Positions 11,800-27,161 of a DNA stretch of 64,000 nucleotides are shown here, piece after piece (the first letter of the stretch is position 1; each line of letters opens with the position of its first letter). The notes under the pieces are model-generated. The model had not been told where the DNA came from. It did no database searches and saw nothing but the letters and a program-made list of their open reading frames with translations. The position numbers and the translations under genes are program-made. The DNA is from Octopus vulgaris (Eukaryota), in contig OX597836.1 of NCBI GenBank assembly GCA_951406725.2, positions 10,168,001 to 10,232,000 on the forward strand, given 5' to 3'.

Positions 11800-12792
11800 C
11801 TCGTATTAAGAAATATAATTTCCGTTATCCAGTTATTTTCATTGTTTACTATCTTCTCCACCCGTGTATTTTTGTATACGTGTATATCCATGCCTAGAAG
11901 GAAAATGTCACATTTGTCTACAATGTCAAGTTCAGACAAAAGAATGTTTCTGTCCAGGGAAAGAGAGACAGCTGCAGAAAGGGAAGCATACCAAGAAACG
12001 AACAGACTGTGCACTACAACAGCCAGAGCATCTCAAAGTGATGAACAGAGGTATGCACGGCTGACAAGGAATAGGATCTCCGCTGCAGAATGAAGAGCAG
12101 TTGCAACAGCTCAGAGAAGCAACTTCTATGAAGCAGCTTTCAATTATGATCCAACAGTTCATTGTGCAGATGACACTAGAGTTTCCATTGGTGCAATGAC
12201 AACTGAGTGCATGCATTGTAAAGCAAGGAAGTGGCCTGGAGAGACACTTGCATTGTGCTGCAGTGGTAGAAAAGTTAAAGTTCCTGCAATCCCCCAACCT
12301 CCAGATCCATTGAAGAAACTGTTGTCATCAACTGACCAAGATTTCAAGCACTTCCAAAACTAAGTTAGACAGTAGAACGCTGTACTACAGATGACATCAT
12401 TTGGAGCCACAAGAGATTTAATTGAGCCAGGATTCATGCAAACTTTCAAGATCCAAGGTCAGGTTTATCATCGGATTGGCTCTCTACAACCTCTGTCAAA
12501 TGAATCACCAAAATCGGCCTTTCGTTGTTTATAATTTGTACCTGTTTTTTGGTTATGAAATAAGCTACACAAAACGTGTTTTTGAATTACGTGTATTTAC
12601 TTTATATACTTATATGAGTTGAAAACTTCTTTTTTAACATTTCACTTAACATCTATGTTCCATGGGCTGGAAAGTTATTAATGTAGAAAGTTGGTATCTC
12701 AGCTACTAGCAGTTGAGATCTGCGTAATCTAGACCGCGTTTTTAAATTTCATTATTCTCTTTAACCCGTGCAACGCCGGGTATTTCTGCTAG
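11798..12792 (+). mobile_element. Internally deleted Helitron carrying a decayed RepHel N-terminal region
   Basis: About 12125-12510 translates AAFNYDP..IGAMTTECMHCKARKWPGETLALCCSGRKV..PPDPLKKLL..QMTSFGA..GFMQTFKIQGQVYHRIGSLQP (with stops), typical of the RepHel zinc-finger region. 3' hairpin cccgtgcaacgccggg, then CTAG|T. The 5' end lies somewhere in the preceding (TA)n. Confidence 0.9.
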
Positions 12793-13359
12793 TATATATA
12801 TAGATAAACTTAGCCAATTGCATGAGTGTGTGTGTATGAACATGTGTACGCGCGTGCATGTATATATGAATGATCAGGAAGCGAACAACGGCTACCTTGC
12901 GAAACACGAATTCTCCTGCCCTTTAAAATAAAAATGGCGATAGCAAAACCTTTTAATAGGAAACGGAGCCAAGAAGATTAATGTGACGGAGTAACATCAG
13001 GAACGAATAAATATGAATCGAAATGCAGGCATGTAGGTGGTTGGCATTCCTCCCCCCCCCCTTTTTTTCTATTGGAGAAGTTAGAATACGGAAAATTTAC
13101 CATAAACTAGTCTTGATGGAGACATAAGTAAACAATGGTCACGTGGGTTGCAGTGTTGGTTTGAGATTAGCAATGAAATCATCAAGATATAAATTATCTC
13201 AAAGCTTACGGTTGACTTCAAAGTGAACATACCATGGTATGTGTTTATTACAGTCAGCGTCGAATCATTGCTGGAATGTTGTAAAAATATCCCATCACGC
13301 AATATGGTGGTTCAGCAGAAAGCTTACAGCGCTCGGACGATGTATATACTATTACAGTA

Positions 13360-13785
13360 TCCTTTTCTGCTCTAGGCACAAGGCCCGAAAATTTTGGGGG
13401 GAGGGGGCCAGTCGATTATATCGCCCCCAGTACGCAACTGGTACTTAATTTATCGACCCCGAAAGGCAAAGTCGACCTCGGCGGAATTTGAACTCAGAAC
13501 GTAAAGACTGACGAAATACCGCTACGCATTTCGCCCGGCTTGCTAACGTTTCTTATTTCTTTATTGCTCACAAGGGGTTAAATATAGAGGGGGCAAACAA
13601 GGATAGACAAAGGGATTAAGTCGATTACATCGACCCCAGTGCGTAACTGGTACTTATTTAATCGACCCCGAAAGGATGAAAGGCAAAGTCGACCTCAGCA
13701 GAATTTGAACTCAGAACGTAGCAGCAGACGAAATACCGCTAAGCATTTCGCCCGGCGTGCTAACGTTTCTGCCAGCTCGCCGTCT
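13360..13785 (-). mobile_element. SINE-B dimer (B1-tailed copy followed by B2-tailed copy)
   Basis: Two cores with junction gctaacgtttct|tatttctttattgc near 13552. Confidence 0.85.
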
Positions 13786-14801
13786 TATACTCTTTCAGTA
13801 TTGAATATTTAACCCAGTCATCAAGATGGTGGATTGGTAGATCTTGTAAAGATGGCGGAACACATCCTTTACGTTATGTAATGGCCTTTTTTTCGTTATT
13901 AGTTCGAATCTTGCCGAGGTCCCTTTTGTTTTAGATACCTTTGGTGTTGATATACATATCTTCCCCTCTCTATATCTCAAGGTTGATTGGAGAACTGAGG
14001 GTGGATTTGTGAAAATAGCTTCTATTTCGGCTCTGTAATGTCAGGCCTTCATGTTTCAAATTCCATTCTTAGCAAACTGATTGAATATGATCTAAAATGC
14101 AGCAGAGAAAAACAAGATGATTTAACAATTGTGGCTTGATTTATTTTTGAATAGAATTTAAAAAAAACTCCACAGAAATTATAGTGGATTTATGAAAGTA
14201 TGTAAAATACTTCCATCCAAATATTCCCCCAAAATGATAAAGCAGGTTTCTAAAACCGTTAGCGATAACGATGGGTTTACGAGTGAAGCCGCAATTTTGC
14301 TGGGTCGGCCGAGGCCTGTGTAGGCGAAATGTAGTAACTAGTACAAACTGGCATTTGAATGACTAGTGAATATCCAACGTACGTAATTAGACAGGAGTAG
14401 GTGTACAAAGTATAAAATATTTATGAAATTTTAGAAGTAGCCAAATTAAGACAACCTGAGATAAGCCATCGTTTTTACACTAAAAGTTTTCTATTTTCTT
14501 CATCATGTTTTTCTAAAAAGAATAAATTGTAACTATAAAATTACACGTTACATTTGTATCTTCAGTAAAAAGACATAATTGTGAATTTAATGAGATTAAA
14601 TCTTAAATTTTCAGAAGACCCTCCAAGGATCTGCGCGCACGCATGTACATATTATATATATATATATTCCTCTATTTACATAATATTGAGGTCCCTTTCA
14701 TTCTTTTGTTGTCTTACCATTACCATATATATATGTGTGTGTGTGTGTGTGTATGTAAATATGTATGCATATATATATATATATATATGCATATATATAT
14801 A

Positions 14802-14844
<43 letters not shown>

Positions 14845-14980
14845 GCATACATACAAACATGCATATATGTAGTTAGGCGCACATATTTATGAATATCTAT
14901 AAACATACATAAATGTTTATTTATGCATATATGTATACATCTAATGTATATATATATATATATATATATTTGTGTGTGTG

Positions 14981-15025
<45 letters not shown>

Positions 15026-15186
15026 ACACAAATGCATATATATATATATATGTGTGTGTATGCACACACGCACACACACCACTTCTTAAGTGCAGACCGA
15101 ATTAAGGAGATAACTAAATGACGTTAACGTAGAACTTACCGAAATAAGCAAAGAAACCGATTGACGTAGTTCTCTCTCTCTCCAAG

Positions 15187-15223
<37 letters not shown>

Positions 15224-15474
15224 ACACACACGTGTTAGGGAGACAGATGTTGAATATGTTGAAGAAGGACCAACATAGAACATTAACAGCGATCCTGATC
15301 TGAATGAAATGAGATAATAAGAGCTTTGTATGCCCCCACACCCAACACCCGCTCACCCACCCCGATCTACGCCCTCTCCGACCCCCCACCCCACCCCCTT
15401 CACCAACACCCCTCGATCTCTTCTTTTCTCTGAATTCTATCGTCTGGTCTTCGTTTTCAACTTTCGCATATTTC

Positions 15475-15885
15475 TGCCACCATCACCACCACCACCACCA
15501 CCACCGCCGCCGCCGCCACCACCACCACCACCACCGCCACCACCAACGCCACACCACCGCCACACTACCACCACCATCATCATCGTCATCATCATCTCCA
15601 CAACCACTACCGTCGCTGTCACCACCATCGCCACCGCCACCACCACCACCACCACCACCACCACCACCACCACCACCACCACTATCACCACCACCACCAC
15701 CACCACCACCACTATCACCACCACCACTACCACCTTCACTCACACTATGTCTTACCATCGCTACTACAACTACCACCGCACCACTACCACCACTAACACC
15801 GCCACCACTAACACCACCACCACCGCCATCACCGTCGCCGCCGCCATCACCACCACCAGTACTACTACTACCACCGCCACCACCG
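15475..15885. repeat. (CAC/ACC)n degenerate trinucleotide tract
   Basis: Directly visible. Similar tracts at 52195-52640, and (CTA)n at 36048-36385. Confidence 0.9.
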
Positions 15886-16198
15886 TAATCTTCTAAATTT
15901 GCTCTCTACTTAACCCCAACTTTGTCTGGTATGTATTCTGATAACATTGAAGATGTTCCGTCTGGAAACGTTTGGGAACGATCCATGCATAGTAAAGTTT
16001 ATGGGGACACACGGCGTTGGTCTTGTTCTGAGCAGATGGAGGTTGCTACTAAAATGGCCTATCTCTCACTTCACTGACTTCTTCTCTGCCGTCCTCATGT
16101 CATACACTCTTATATAATTCTTAATGAATCGTAAGACAATTTCTCTTCTTAGTACATTCATACAAACCTATATACGTAAGTGTATGTATGTATGTATG

Positions 16199-16251
<53 letters not shown>

Positions 16252-16298
16252 GTATGTATATATGTGTATGTATGTATGTATGTATGTATGTATGTATG

Positions 16299-16349
<51 letters not shown>

Positions 16350-16376
16350 CATATATACGTATACATATACGTATAC

Positions 16377-16442
<66 letters not shown>

Positions 16443-16447
16443 TATAC

Positions 16448-16479
<32 letters not shown>

Positions 16480-16757
16480 GTATATATATATGTATATGTA
16501 TGTATATATGTATATATATGTGTGTCTGTATGTATGTATATACTTGTACAAATATATGTATGTATATGTATATATATATGTATATATATACATATATATA
16601 TATATATTTATGTATGTGTATGTATATCTCTGTATGTGTATGTGTGTGCTTGTGTTTTTACGTAAGGTAATATACTGAGGCGTACGTATATATGTACATA
16701 CGCACATACACACACTCACACACATACATACAAATATATTGATACACATCTATATAA

Positions 16758-16811
<54 letters not shown>

Positions 16812-17066
16812 GTATATATACATTTGTATGTATATATATATGTGTGTGTATGTGTGTATGTGCGTATATGTATATAGATATGTATATGTATATGTATGTA
16901 TATGTGTGTGTATGCATGTTTATATATGTATGTATGTATGTCTTCTCCGGTTTCCTCTTTAGCTTTTTCCTGCCCGTCCGTTCGGTAAAAAAATGTCCAA
17001 CCGTTTCGCTTTTCTTGCTGTTTTATTGCTTACAAACCACACCCTTGAACTGCTTGTGCACACACA

Positions 17067-17123
<57 letters not shown>

Positions 17124-17284
17124 TCGTTCGCACTCACACACGCATACACCCATGCACTCATACATCTAAGCCTGTTCTAGGTTATCTGAGGCCCTGTGAG
17201 TGAAAATTTAGTAGACACACACACACGCACATATACACAAACACACTTTCACGCGCAATTCATTATATCTATATATAAACCTGT

Positions 17285-17539
17285 GTAAGCTTACTTCCCA
17301 ACCACATGGTCCTGGGTTCAGTCCCAGTCCGTCGCAGGTGAGCTGCAAAATGCAGGAGGAAAGAGTGAGAGAAAGTTGTGGCGAAAGAGTCAGCAGAAGT
17401 TCGCCATTACATTCTGCCGGAGCCGCTTGGAGTTTCGGTGTTCCACTCACAAATACACACATCGCCCGGTCTGAGATTCGAACCTGCGATCCCTCGACCG
17501 CTAGTCCGTTGCTCTAACCACTAGGCCATGTGCCTCCAC
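17285..17539 (-). mobile_element. SINE-C (minus) fused to an oppositely oriented SINE-A head fragment
   Basis: C head and body at 17539-17323 stop inside cctgcgacggactgg. 17285-17326 is an A head on the plus strand. Confidence 0.75.
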
Positions 17540-17553
17540 TATATATAGGTAGA

Positions 17554-17785
17554 AGGCGGTGAGCTGGCAGAAACGTTAGCACGCCGGGCGAAATGCGTAG
17601 CCGTATTTCGTCCGCCGTTACGTTCTGAGTTCAAATTCCGCCGAGGTCGACTTTGCCTTTCATCCTTTCGGGGTCGATAAATAAAGTACCAGTTACGCAC
17701 TGGGGTCGATGTAATCGACTTAATCGCTTTGTCTGTCCTTGTTTGTCCCCTCTATGTTTAGCCATTTTTGGGCAGTAAAGAAATA
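17554..17785 (+). mobile_element. SINE-B1, full length
   Basis: Complete head, core and tail with a 14-bp TSD tatatataggtaga. Confidence 0.9.
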
Positions 17786-18089
17786 TATATATAGGTAGAT
17801 ACCAGCAGAATCAAAAACAAAAATACTGCCCACATTTACCATTCTTGATAAAGGTTTCAACAACAAGCTCAGGGTATGCACCGGTGCAAAACATGGTGTT
17901 AACTGATACAAAAGCGGTAAAAGTTAAGCTGTGGGTTGACTCCATTGTCGTCATTTCCTTGACTTTGCTACCGTCACAGCAATGGCCGCGGAAAATTTGC
18001 GATGCTTTAGTTTTCTGACGCAGCTTGTATCTGTTGTATATGGACTTAGTATGAGAAATTTATGATAGAGACACAAGCACAAGAAAACG

Positions 18090-18096
18090 TGCACAG

Positions 18097-18148
<52 letters not shown>

Positions 18149-18445
18149 GCACACACACACACACATTTGCGCATGCGCACACACGTACATACGCACACAC
18201 ATGCAGACACACACACACATGCACACACATACGCTTGTGCACACACGCAGACACATACAAATACACATACACACACACCCATACACAGACACACACACGG
18301 AGAGACACACGCACACAGACACACAGAGATTTATACACATACACAGATACACGCATACACATACACACAGAGACACACATACACACAGATACACATATGC
18401 GCACACATACACAAACATAAACACACATGCGCGCGCGCACACATG

Positions 18446-18477
<32 letters not shown>

Positions 18478-19092
18478 CATACATACGCACACATACACAG
18501 ACACAGACATACACACACATGCGCGCACACACGCACACACACATACACACACAAAAACACAACACACACACACACCCATACACACACACACACACGGAGA
18601 GACACGCACACAGACACACAGATGTATACACACACACACAGATACACTCATACACATACACAAATACACGCATACACATACACACACATACATACAGATA
18701 CACACATACATGCGCACACATACACAGACATACACACACATGCAGACACACACACACACACACACAATCACACACACACACCCACACCCATACACACACA
18801 CGGAGAAACACACGCTCACAGACACACACAGATGCATACACATACACAGATACACCCATACATACAAAAACACACAGACATACGCACACACACACACACG
18901 CACACAAATGCAGACACACACAAATACACACACACACACACACATACACACACACGGAGAGACACACGCACACAGATACACACACACACACACACACACA
19001 CAGATACACAAATGCGCACGCACTCACACACACACACACTCACACTCACACACACGCACACTCACCTACACACCCACACCCACACCCACACA
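18090..19092. repeat. Cryptic CA-rich higher-order repeat
   Basis: cacggaga(g/a)acac recurs near 18296, 18593, 18799 and 18953 within (CA)n-like sequence. Confidence 0.8.
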
Positions 19093-19534
19093 GGTAACTG
19101 TGCTATTTAATATCAAATTAGACTTGATGTACGCTGTTATTTAAACCGTGAACTTTCAGTAACAAATTTGTTTGTTTTTTGCCTCTTCTCTCTTTTAGAC
19201 GAATGTGTTTTTGTTCTTTAAATAAATAACAAAAGGATATCCCTGAAATATTATATTATGACAGTCTCCTCTTGTAAAAGGTCTCGGTTTCCTCTTTCTC
19301 TCTCGTATAAACACAACGGGGAAGCGCGTGCATGCATATATATACATATATACGTACATACGTACGTACATACGTACACGTATACACGAACGCACACGAG
19401 CAGGCACATACGAAATATAAAGAAATACAGGTGCACGTGCCCAGAGATATAGACGTGTATGCACATGCGTAACCACTTCCATATACACACACATACATAT
19501 GTACATACACACACACTTACATTTACGTATGTAT

Positions 19535-19537
19535 GTA

Positions 19538-19596
<59 letters not shown>

Positions 19597-19639
19597 TTAT
19601 GTATGTATCTATCTATCTATCTACCTGCACACACATACA

Positions 19640-19683
<44 letters not shown>

Positions 19684-19816
19684 CATCTATCTATCTATCT
19701 ATCTATCTATCTATGTATCTACCTGCACACACATACACTGTATATATATATATATATATATACATCTATCTATCTATTTATCTATCTATCTATGTATCTA
19801 CCTGCACACACATACA

Positions 19817-19884
<68 letters not shown>

Positions 19885-19924
19885 CCTGCACACATACACT
19901 GTATATATATATATATATATATAC

Positions 19925-19978
<54 letters not shown>

Positions 19979-20028
19979 GTATCTACCTGCACACACATAC
20001 ACTGTATATATATTTATATATGATACAT

Positions 20029-20085
<57 letters not shown>
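19535..20085. repeat. Compound minisatellite (ATCT)n-acctgcacacacatacactg-(TA)n, 5 units
   Basis: The spacer recurs near 19622, 19720, 19799, 19883 and 19984. Confidence 0.85.
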
Positions 20086-20086
<1 letters not shown>

Positions 20087-20320
20087 CTCTCTCTCTATAT
20101 ATATATTACGTATATGTACACACACACATACACACATATATTTAAAACAATTTATAAAACCACACATACAAATATGCACGTTGTATGTATGAATGTATGT
20201 ATGTATCGGCGGAAACTGATTTTGACAAAGCAACTCTGAAAGGTTTGGCACGCCTCCGACACTAATAGCTATTGATCGAAGTCAGCAAATACTCGTAAAC
20301 ACTAACACACACACACACAC

Positions 20321-20375
<55 letters not shown>

Positions 20376-20699
20376 TCACACAAGCGCGCGCGTGCGCACC
20401 ACTCGTCTCAGCTGGGAATCCTCTGTCAGTTTTCGGCAGTACGTTACATTTCCTGATCACCAAAACCGAACGCTGGTGAAATGGATGGGCATGGTTTGGA
20501 GTGGAGTTGGGGCGGGATAGGGTGGGGTGGGGTTATGGTTTGGTGTGAACGGAGTGGGGTGTTGGGGAGCAGGGGTGGTGGTGCAGCATTGATCCCTCTA
20601 TTTAAACACTTGTACTTACTTCACCTGTTCGCATTGGTTTAGCGATAAATATTACATGCGTGTGGATACATAACATATATATATATATATACATATTCT

Positions 20700-21385
20700 T
20701 CTATTTTATTTGTTTCAGTCATTTGACTGCGGCCATGCTGGAGCACCGCCTTCAGTCGAGCAAATCGACCCCAGGACTCATTTTTTGTAAGCCCAGTACT
20801 TATTCTATCGGTCTATTTTGCCGAACAGCTAAGTTAAGGGGACGTAAACACACCAACATCGGTTGTCAAGCGATGCTGGGGGGACAAGCATAGACATACA
20901 AACATACGTACATACATACATACATACATACATACATACATACATACATACATACATACATACATACATACATACATCATACATACATACATATATATAT
21001 ATGTATGTGTGTGTGTGTGTGTGTGTTTGTGAAGGCGCATGGCTCAGTGGTTAGAGCGTCGAGCTTACGATCGTGAGGTTGTGAGTTCGAATCCCGGACC
21101 GGGCTGCGTGTTGTGTTCTTGAGCAAGGTACTTTTTTTCGCATTGCTCCAGTTCACTCATCTGTAGAAATGAGTTGCGACGTCATAGGTGCCAAGCTGTA
21201 TCGGCCCCTTTGCCTTTCCCTTGGATAACACTGGTGGCGTGGAGAAGGAAGGCCGTTATACATGGGCGACTGCTGGTCTTCCATAAACAACCTTGTCCGG
21301 ACTTGTGCCTTGGAGGGTAACTTTCTAAGTGCAATCCCATGGTCAATCATGACGAGCTTCGTTCGGTTTCCGTCTACTAGATCCA
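20700..21385 (-). mobile_element. SINE-A interrupted in its internal microsatellite by SINE-D
   Basis: A tail half at 20700-20890. A body resumes at about 21351-21385 (gtttccgtctac). Confidence 0.75.
21031..21353 (+). mobile_element. tRNA-headed SINE family D, near full length
   Basis: A-box TGGCTCAGTGG, B-box GTTCGAATCC, then ttcttgagcaagg (CORE-like box, from memory). Confidence 0.85.
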
Positions 21386-21592
21386 GAAGAAAATTATTAT
21401 AAATTTACAAGTGATAGAAAAATAGTATACTCTTAACACATAAGGATATACAATCATACATATATACATACACACACACACATACACCTACAGACACATA
21501 CACACACAGACGTGCATACACATACACATACAAGGGTGGAAGATACAAACAAGTGAAGTAAAATAATAAAGGAGTACGTATTCACATAAGAC

Positions 21593-21629
<37 letters not shown>

Positions 21630-21634
<5 letters not shown>

Positions 21635-21998
21635 CACCACTACACCTTACACCATCATACCACACAACACATCACATCACAACACACCACCTCGCACACG
21701 TAAAGCTCACCATCCCTTTTCCACACGCACATACAAATTCTCATACGCACGCACACCTTCGTTTTGGGATCACCACTACTTTATTATCTTCCCTTCTCCC
21801 TAGCTCTCCTGTGTGACCCTTCTGTCCGGCATTCACCATGATAGATCGCTAGCCACTACACATTCTATATTTTCTCTCCTTGTTTTTTCTGTGTTCCTTT
21901 CAGTGGAAGAGCGTAGGCTCGAAGCGTTAAAGACTTTTTCACTTCCTGAGCGTTATACTAATACATCTGTCTTCGTCTTTTCTGTTTTTGTGAATTCT

Positions 21999-22002
<4 letters not shown>
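21630..22002 (+). mobile_element. Penelope-like terminal fragment between (TA)n tracts
   Basis: cttt-CAGTGGA-agagcgtaggctc-GAAG-cg-TT-aaag at 21897-21932, related to 416-626. Confidence 0.5.
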
Positions 22003-22043
<41 letters not shown>

Positions 22044-23050
22044 AATTAGGGTGCCTCGTAGATACCCTAATTTATAATTTTAATAATTATTACCTTTGAA
22101 GGTTATTTTTTCCATGCTGACCACTTGATAAAATCGTTATTTTATTTTTGAATTAACGATCTTATCCTTATTTATATAAATTTATATATATATATACTAC
22201 AGGTTTCTTTCAGTTTCCGTCTACCAAATCCTCTCAGAAGGCTTTGGTCGCAAGTTGCCACGCATTGGAACTGAACCCAGAACCATATTGTTAGTTATTA
22301 GGCTGCTTACCCACACAGCCACTCCTATGCTTATGTATACATACATGTATGTTCGTGCATTCGTAGACTTCGCTATACCAACAACAACAATAACGGTACT
22401 CAAGGCCAGAAGTCGAGATGTAATTACTTGTTGTAAATGCTGATGTAGCTACTCCGTTGCTAGTCCGATCATCACCAGTAACACAACCAGTGTCGTCACA
22501 GATGTAAACTGAATTAAAAAGTGCAGTGTATTTTGTGATAATTTACACAGACATGGGCGGTGTTTGAATTGGAACACAGTGGGCAATCGTTAAAACATGT
22601 AAGAGAGGCATAATGACAAAAAAAAGGAAAAATGGGACTCGGAGTTAATAACTTAAAATGGAAAGGAAATAGGAAAAAAAAAAATATATATATATATAAG
22701 GGAAACTTAATATATGTATGTATATATATATAAATACTTGAATGATAAAACAACAAAGAACGTATGTTGACGGGTGTACATGTATACATGCATATGTTTA
22801 TGTGTGCATGCCAAGTGAAACACACAAATATACACATCACCATGTGTAAAATTGTGTGTGTATATATATATACATATATATATGTATATATGTATATATA
22901 TGTGTGTGTATGTATGTATATATATATATATGTATATATATGTGTGTGTATGTATGTATATATATATATATATGTATATATGCATGTATATGTGTGTGTA
23001 TGTATATATATATATATATATACGTATGTGTATATACATGTACGTATATG

Positions 23051-23123
<73 letters not shown>

Positions 23124-23138
23124 GTATATATATATATG

Positions 23139-23208
<70 letters not shown>

Positions 23209-23386
23209 GATAGATAGACAGACAGATAGATGATAGATATGTAAATATATATAAGCACGCACATGTATGTGTAAAAAACAGACACAGACACATAAACCCA
23301 TACACAAGCAAATACATGCCTACCCTGAACTTAACCGAACTACATAAACATGTACAGACTCCTATACCTAAATCTATACACTTACA

Positions 23387-23434
<48 letters not shown>

Positions 23435-23619
23435 AACAAAAAAGCAATAATGTGACGTATGACGAATAGGGTACTAGTTTAAATTGAAATAGCGTATGAT
23501 AAAGTATTCCGGATGATAGTCCTTCGTCAGAGGAATAGAAACATAGGAGAATAATTGAAAATTAAAAATTAATTTAAAAATTGGAAAAAAAATCCTAAAA
23601 TAAAATAAGAAAACTCCAA

Positions 23620-23677
23620 TACGCCGCAGGGTCTCGGAGGAGATAGTGTTAGTTGAAGGCTACCAAACCTGCCATAC
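23620..23677 (-). mobile_element. Fragment of the 4712-5090 Helitron family
   Basis: Reverse complement of about 4744-4796 (tggcaggtttggtagccttcaactaacactatctcctccgagaccctgcggcg). Confidence 0.8.
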
Positions 23678-23679
23678 TC

Positions 23680-23891
23680 TTACTCTCTTTTACTCTTTAC
23701 TCTTTTACTTGTTTCAGTCATTTGACTGCGGCCATGCTGGAGCACCGCCTTTAGTCGAGCAAATCGACCCCGGGACTTATTCTTTGTAAGCCCAGTACTT
23801 ATTCTATCGGTCTGTTTTGCCGAACCGCTAAGTGACGGGGACGTAAACACACCAGCATCTGTTGTCAAGCAATGCTAGGGGGACAAACACA

Positions 23892-23981
<90 letters not shown>

Positions 23982-24133
23982 TACGACGGGCTTCTTTCAG
24001 TTTCCGTCTACCAAATCCACTCACAAGGCATTGGTCGGCCTAGGGCTATATCAGAAGACACTTGCCCAAGATGCCACGCAGTGGGACTGAACCCGGAACC
24101 ATGTGGTTGGTTAGCAAGCTACTTACCACACAG
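23680..24133 (-). mobile_element. SINE-A, near full length
   Basis: Aligns to 1333-1740 with an expanded internal (CA)n(TA)n. Confidence 0.9.
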
Positions 24134-25082
24134 ACAACTTCAGCTTTATATAGAGAGAGATTAGATTATAGGTTCACAGATGTTTCATTAAGTCTCTGGA
24201 CAAGACTCATTATCCATACGCATCTAGTCAATGCTATAATCAGAACTGATCGGGTTACAGACAGAGGAACGACATATTTAGCATCTGGGAATATTATAAA
24301 AGAGGAAATTTAAGTATTATCTTAGTCTTTCATTTAGACATTTTATACTCTTTGTTTTACTGTTTCACTGACTGAGCAATGTAGAGCTCTGTACAGACGT
24401 GATGCGAACGCACAACTTTTTTCTGCGAAGAATCCGATACTCTTTGTCAATTCGATCTTTGCGACTCCCCATAAATGCACTTTAAAAGAGGTCGTCCACA
24501 GCAGTACACTTACGTGGTGAAGTGCGAAGAAGTATCGAAACACTTACGTGCCTTGGAAACCCAGACGATGTTGTTTTAACGAGATTCTACGCTAGACAGC
24601 TTCGGCTTATCTTCTTAACACTCGTCTGCCTTTAAAGACAGAGATGTTAATAATAACGAAAGCCAATCAATAGAAAGCATTCCACACACATATCTTGGCA
24701 AATAGAAACGGTAAGACGGTGATAAGCCATTGTGATCTTATCAAACAGATGCAGTCGCTTTGCACAAAACCAATAGGAATTGTGGAATTTCAACAGAAGC
24801 CGTATATTAAACTGAATCAAGATTTATCGCTTTTTAGAAATGTTTGGACAGCAAGATGAGTGTGGCAACAGAACGGAAGAATTGATGTTATTTCATGTTT
24901 AGTTCTGTACACTATTGTTCTGAGACCAACTTTTGATCGAGCTGGTTTCCCCGCTGGAATCGTTGAAATAAGTTATATACTGGTGGAAGGATAAATTTCA
25001 AAAGGGTTAAATATGCTTCTGTTGGTACAGTTGATATAATGCTTTTAAGATACCCCTCACATTTTACTGATTTCAACTGTGC

Positions 25083-25282
25083 GGTAACTGGTACTTAATT
25101 TATCGACCCCGAAAGGATGAAAGGCAAAAATCGACCTCGGCGGAATTTGAACTCAGAACGTAACGGCAGACGAAATACGGCTACGCGTTTCACCCGGAAT
25201 GCTAACGTTTCTGCCAGCTCGCCGTCTTCTTTGCTCTGATAGATTCTGTGAGAGCGGACAGCAGCCTGCCGTCAATATAAAT

Positions 25283-25371
<89 letters not shown>

Positions 25372-25420
25372 AATAGGTGAATGAATTATCCATCTTCGTT
25401 CGACTCCATTCTTTCATTCA

Positions 25421-25468
<48 letters not shown>

Positions 25469-25508
25469 AATGTAAATTATATATATATATACATATGTAT
25501 ATAAATGT

Positions 25509-25604
<96 letters not shown>

Positions 25605-26042
25605 CGTGTATAAATATAAATAATATATATATATAACAATGAAAACATATAGAATAAAAGCAAGGTGAATCAACCAATCTCTGCTTACGTACGTTTAAAC
25701 AGACGAAAAGTGGAACATCGAAGCCATACGCAATAAACTTCCGGTTTAATATATCTATTTGTTTACTACCCACAAGGGGCTAAACATAGAGGGGACAAAC
25801 AAGGACAGACAAAGGAATTAAGTCGATTACATCGACCCCAGTGCGAAACTGGTACTTAATTTATCGACCCCGAAAGGATGAAAGGCAAAGTCGACCTCGG
25901 CGGAATTTGAACTCAGAGCGTAACGGCAGACGAAATACGGCTACGCATTTCTCCCGGTGTGCTAACGTGTCTGCCAGCTCGCCGTCTTCTTTGCTCTGAT
26001 AGATTCTGTGAGAGCGGACAGCAGCCTGCCGTCAATATAAAT

Positions 26043-26110
<68 letters not shown>

Positions 26111-26158
26111 GTGAATGAATTATCCATCTTCGTTCGACTCCATTCTTTCATTCATTCA

Positions 26159-26190
<32 letters not shown>

Positions 26191-26230
26191 AATGTAAATT
26201 ATATATATATATACATATGTATATAAATGT

Positions 26231-26326
<96 letters not shown>

Positions 26327-26481
26327 CATACGTGTATAAATATAAATAATATATATATATAACAATGAAAACATATAGAATAAAAGCAAGGTGAATCAAC
26401 CAATCTCTGCTTACGTACGTTTAAACAGACGAAAAGTGGAACATCGAAGCCATACGCAATAAACTTCCGGTTTAATATATC
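25083..26481. repeat. Tandem duplication of SINE-B plus flanking sequence
   Basis: 25083-25755 is repeated at about 25845-26481. The flanks match apart from (TA)n lengths. Confidence 0.9.
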
Positions 26482-27127
26482 GTTCTAATGGAACTAGCGA
26501 AGAAGCTCCACCGGAACTTATAAATCTTCCCAGTGAAAATCTTTAACATTCCAAATAATGTAACCCGAGAGGTTAAAGAAAAAGATTGTTTCTAATCGAT
26601 TCCATTTCTATATATATATATATAATTTGAAGTGATTAGTTTTTGCCCTTGCAATTGAAGTAAGTGGGTTTGTAACAACGCGTATAATAAACTGGTTTTT
26701 ATCGATTATGTGCTGGTGTTTACTCTGGTTACCGAGTGTATTTCTGAGCTCCGTTGCCTGTTGCAGAATTGCATATTTTCTGCACGCCTGCACGCTGTAA
26801 GAAGTGATATTTGAAATTTTTATGTTTGTGTATAGGTATGTGTGTGTGTGTGAGTGTGTGGCGTGTGCGTATATATACATATATACATAATATATGTATA
26901 TTTTTTCCTTTTATTTATTTTAGCACCGCCTCGACCCCGGGTCTTATTCTTTGTAAGCCTAGTTCTTATTCTATCGGTATCTTTTAGCGAATCGCTAAGT
27001 TACGGGGACATAAACACACCAACATCGGTTGTCAAGCGATGGTGGGAGGACAAACACTCAAACATATATATACATATATATATACTTACATATATATATA
27101 TATAGTAGTAGTAGTAGTTGTTGTTGT

Positions 27128-27161
<34 letters not shown>

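Noticed and set aside
15330-15896. Pro/Thr-rich mucin- or formin-like ORFs (also 52153-53104)
   Set aside because: Translations of (CAC)n tracts with no flanking domain or splice evidence.
17951-19144. Long Cys/Val or His/Thr ORFs, and all YI-, CMYV- and LSIY-repeat ORFs
   Set aside because: Dinucleotide and tetranucleotide microsatellite translations.
21031-21105. Genuine tRNA gene (also 7540, 8292, 43307)
   Set aside because: A and B boxes are present, but I find no acceptor-stem closure and the sequence runs into SINE bodies, three of them with TSDs.
24830-25040. hAT transposase dimerisation-domain remnant
   Set aside because: Faint similarity (SE..F.RAG, LNMLLL) needs several frameshifts and cannot be supported without tBLASTn or an HMM search.
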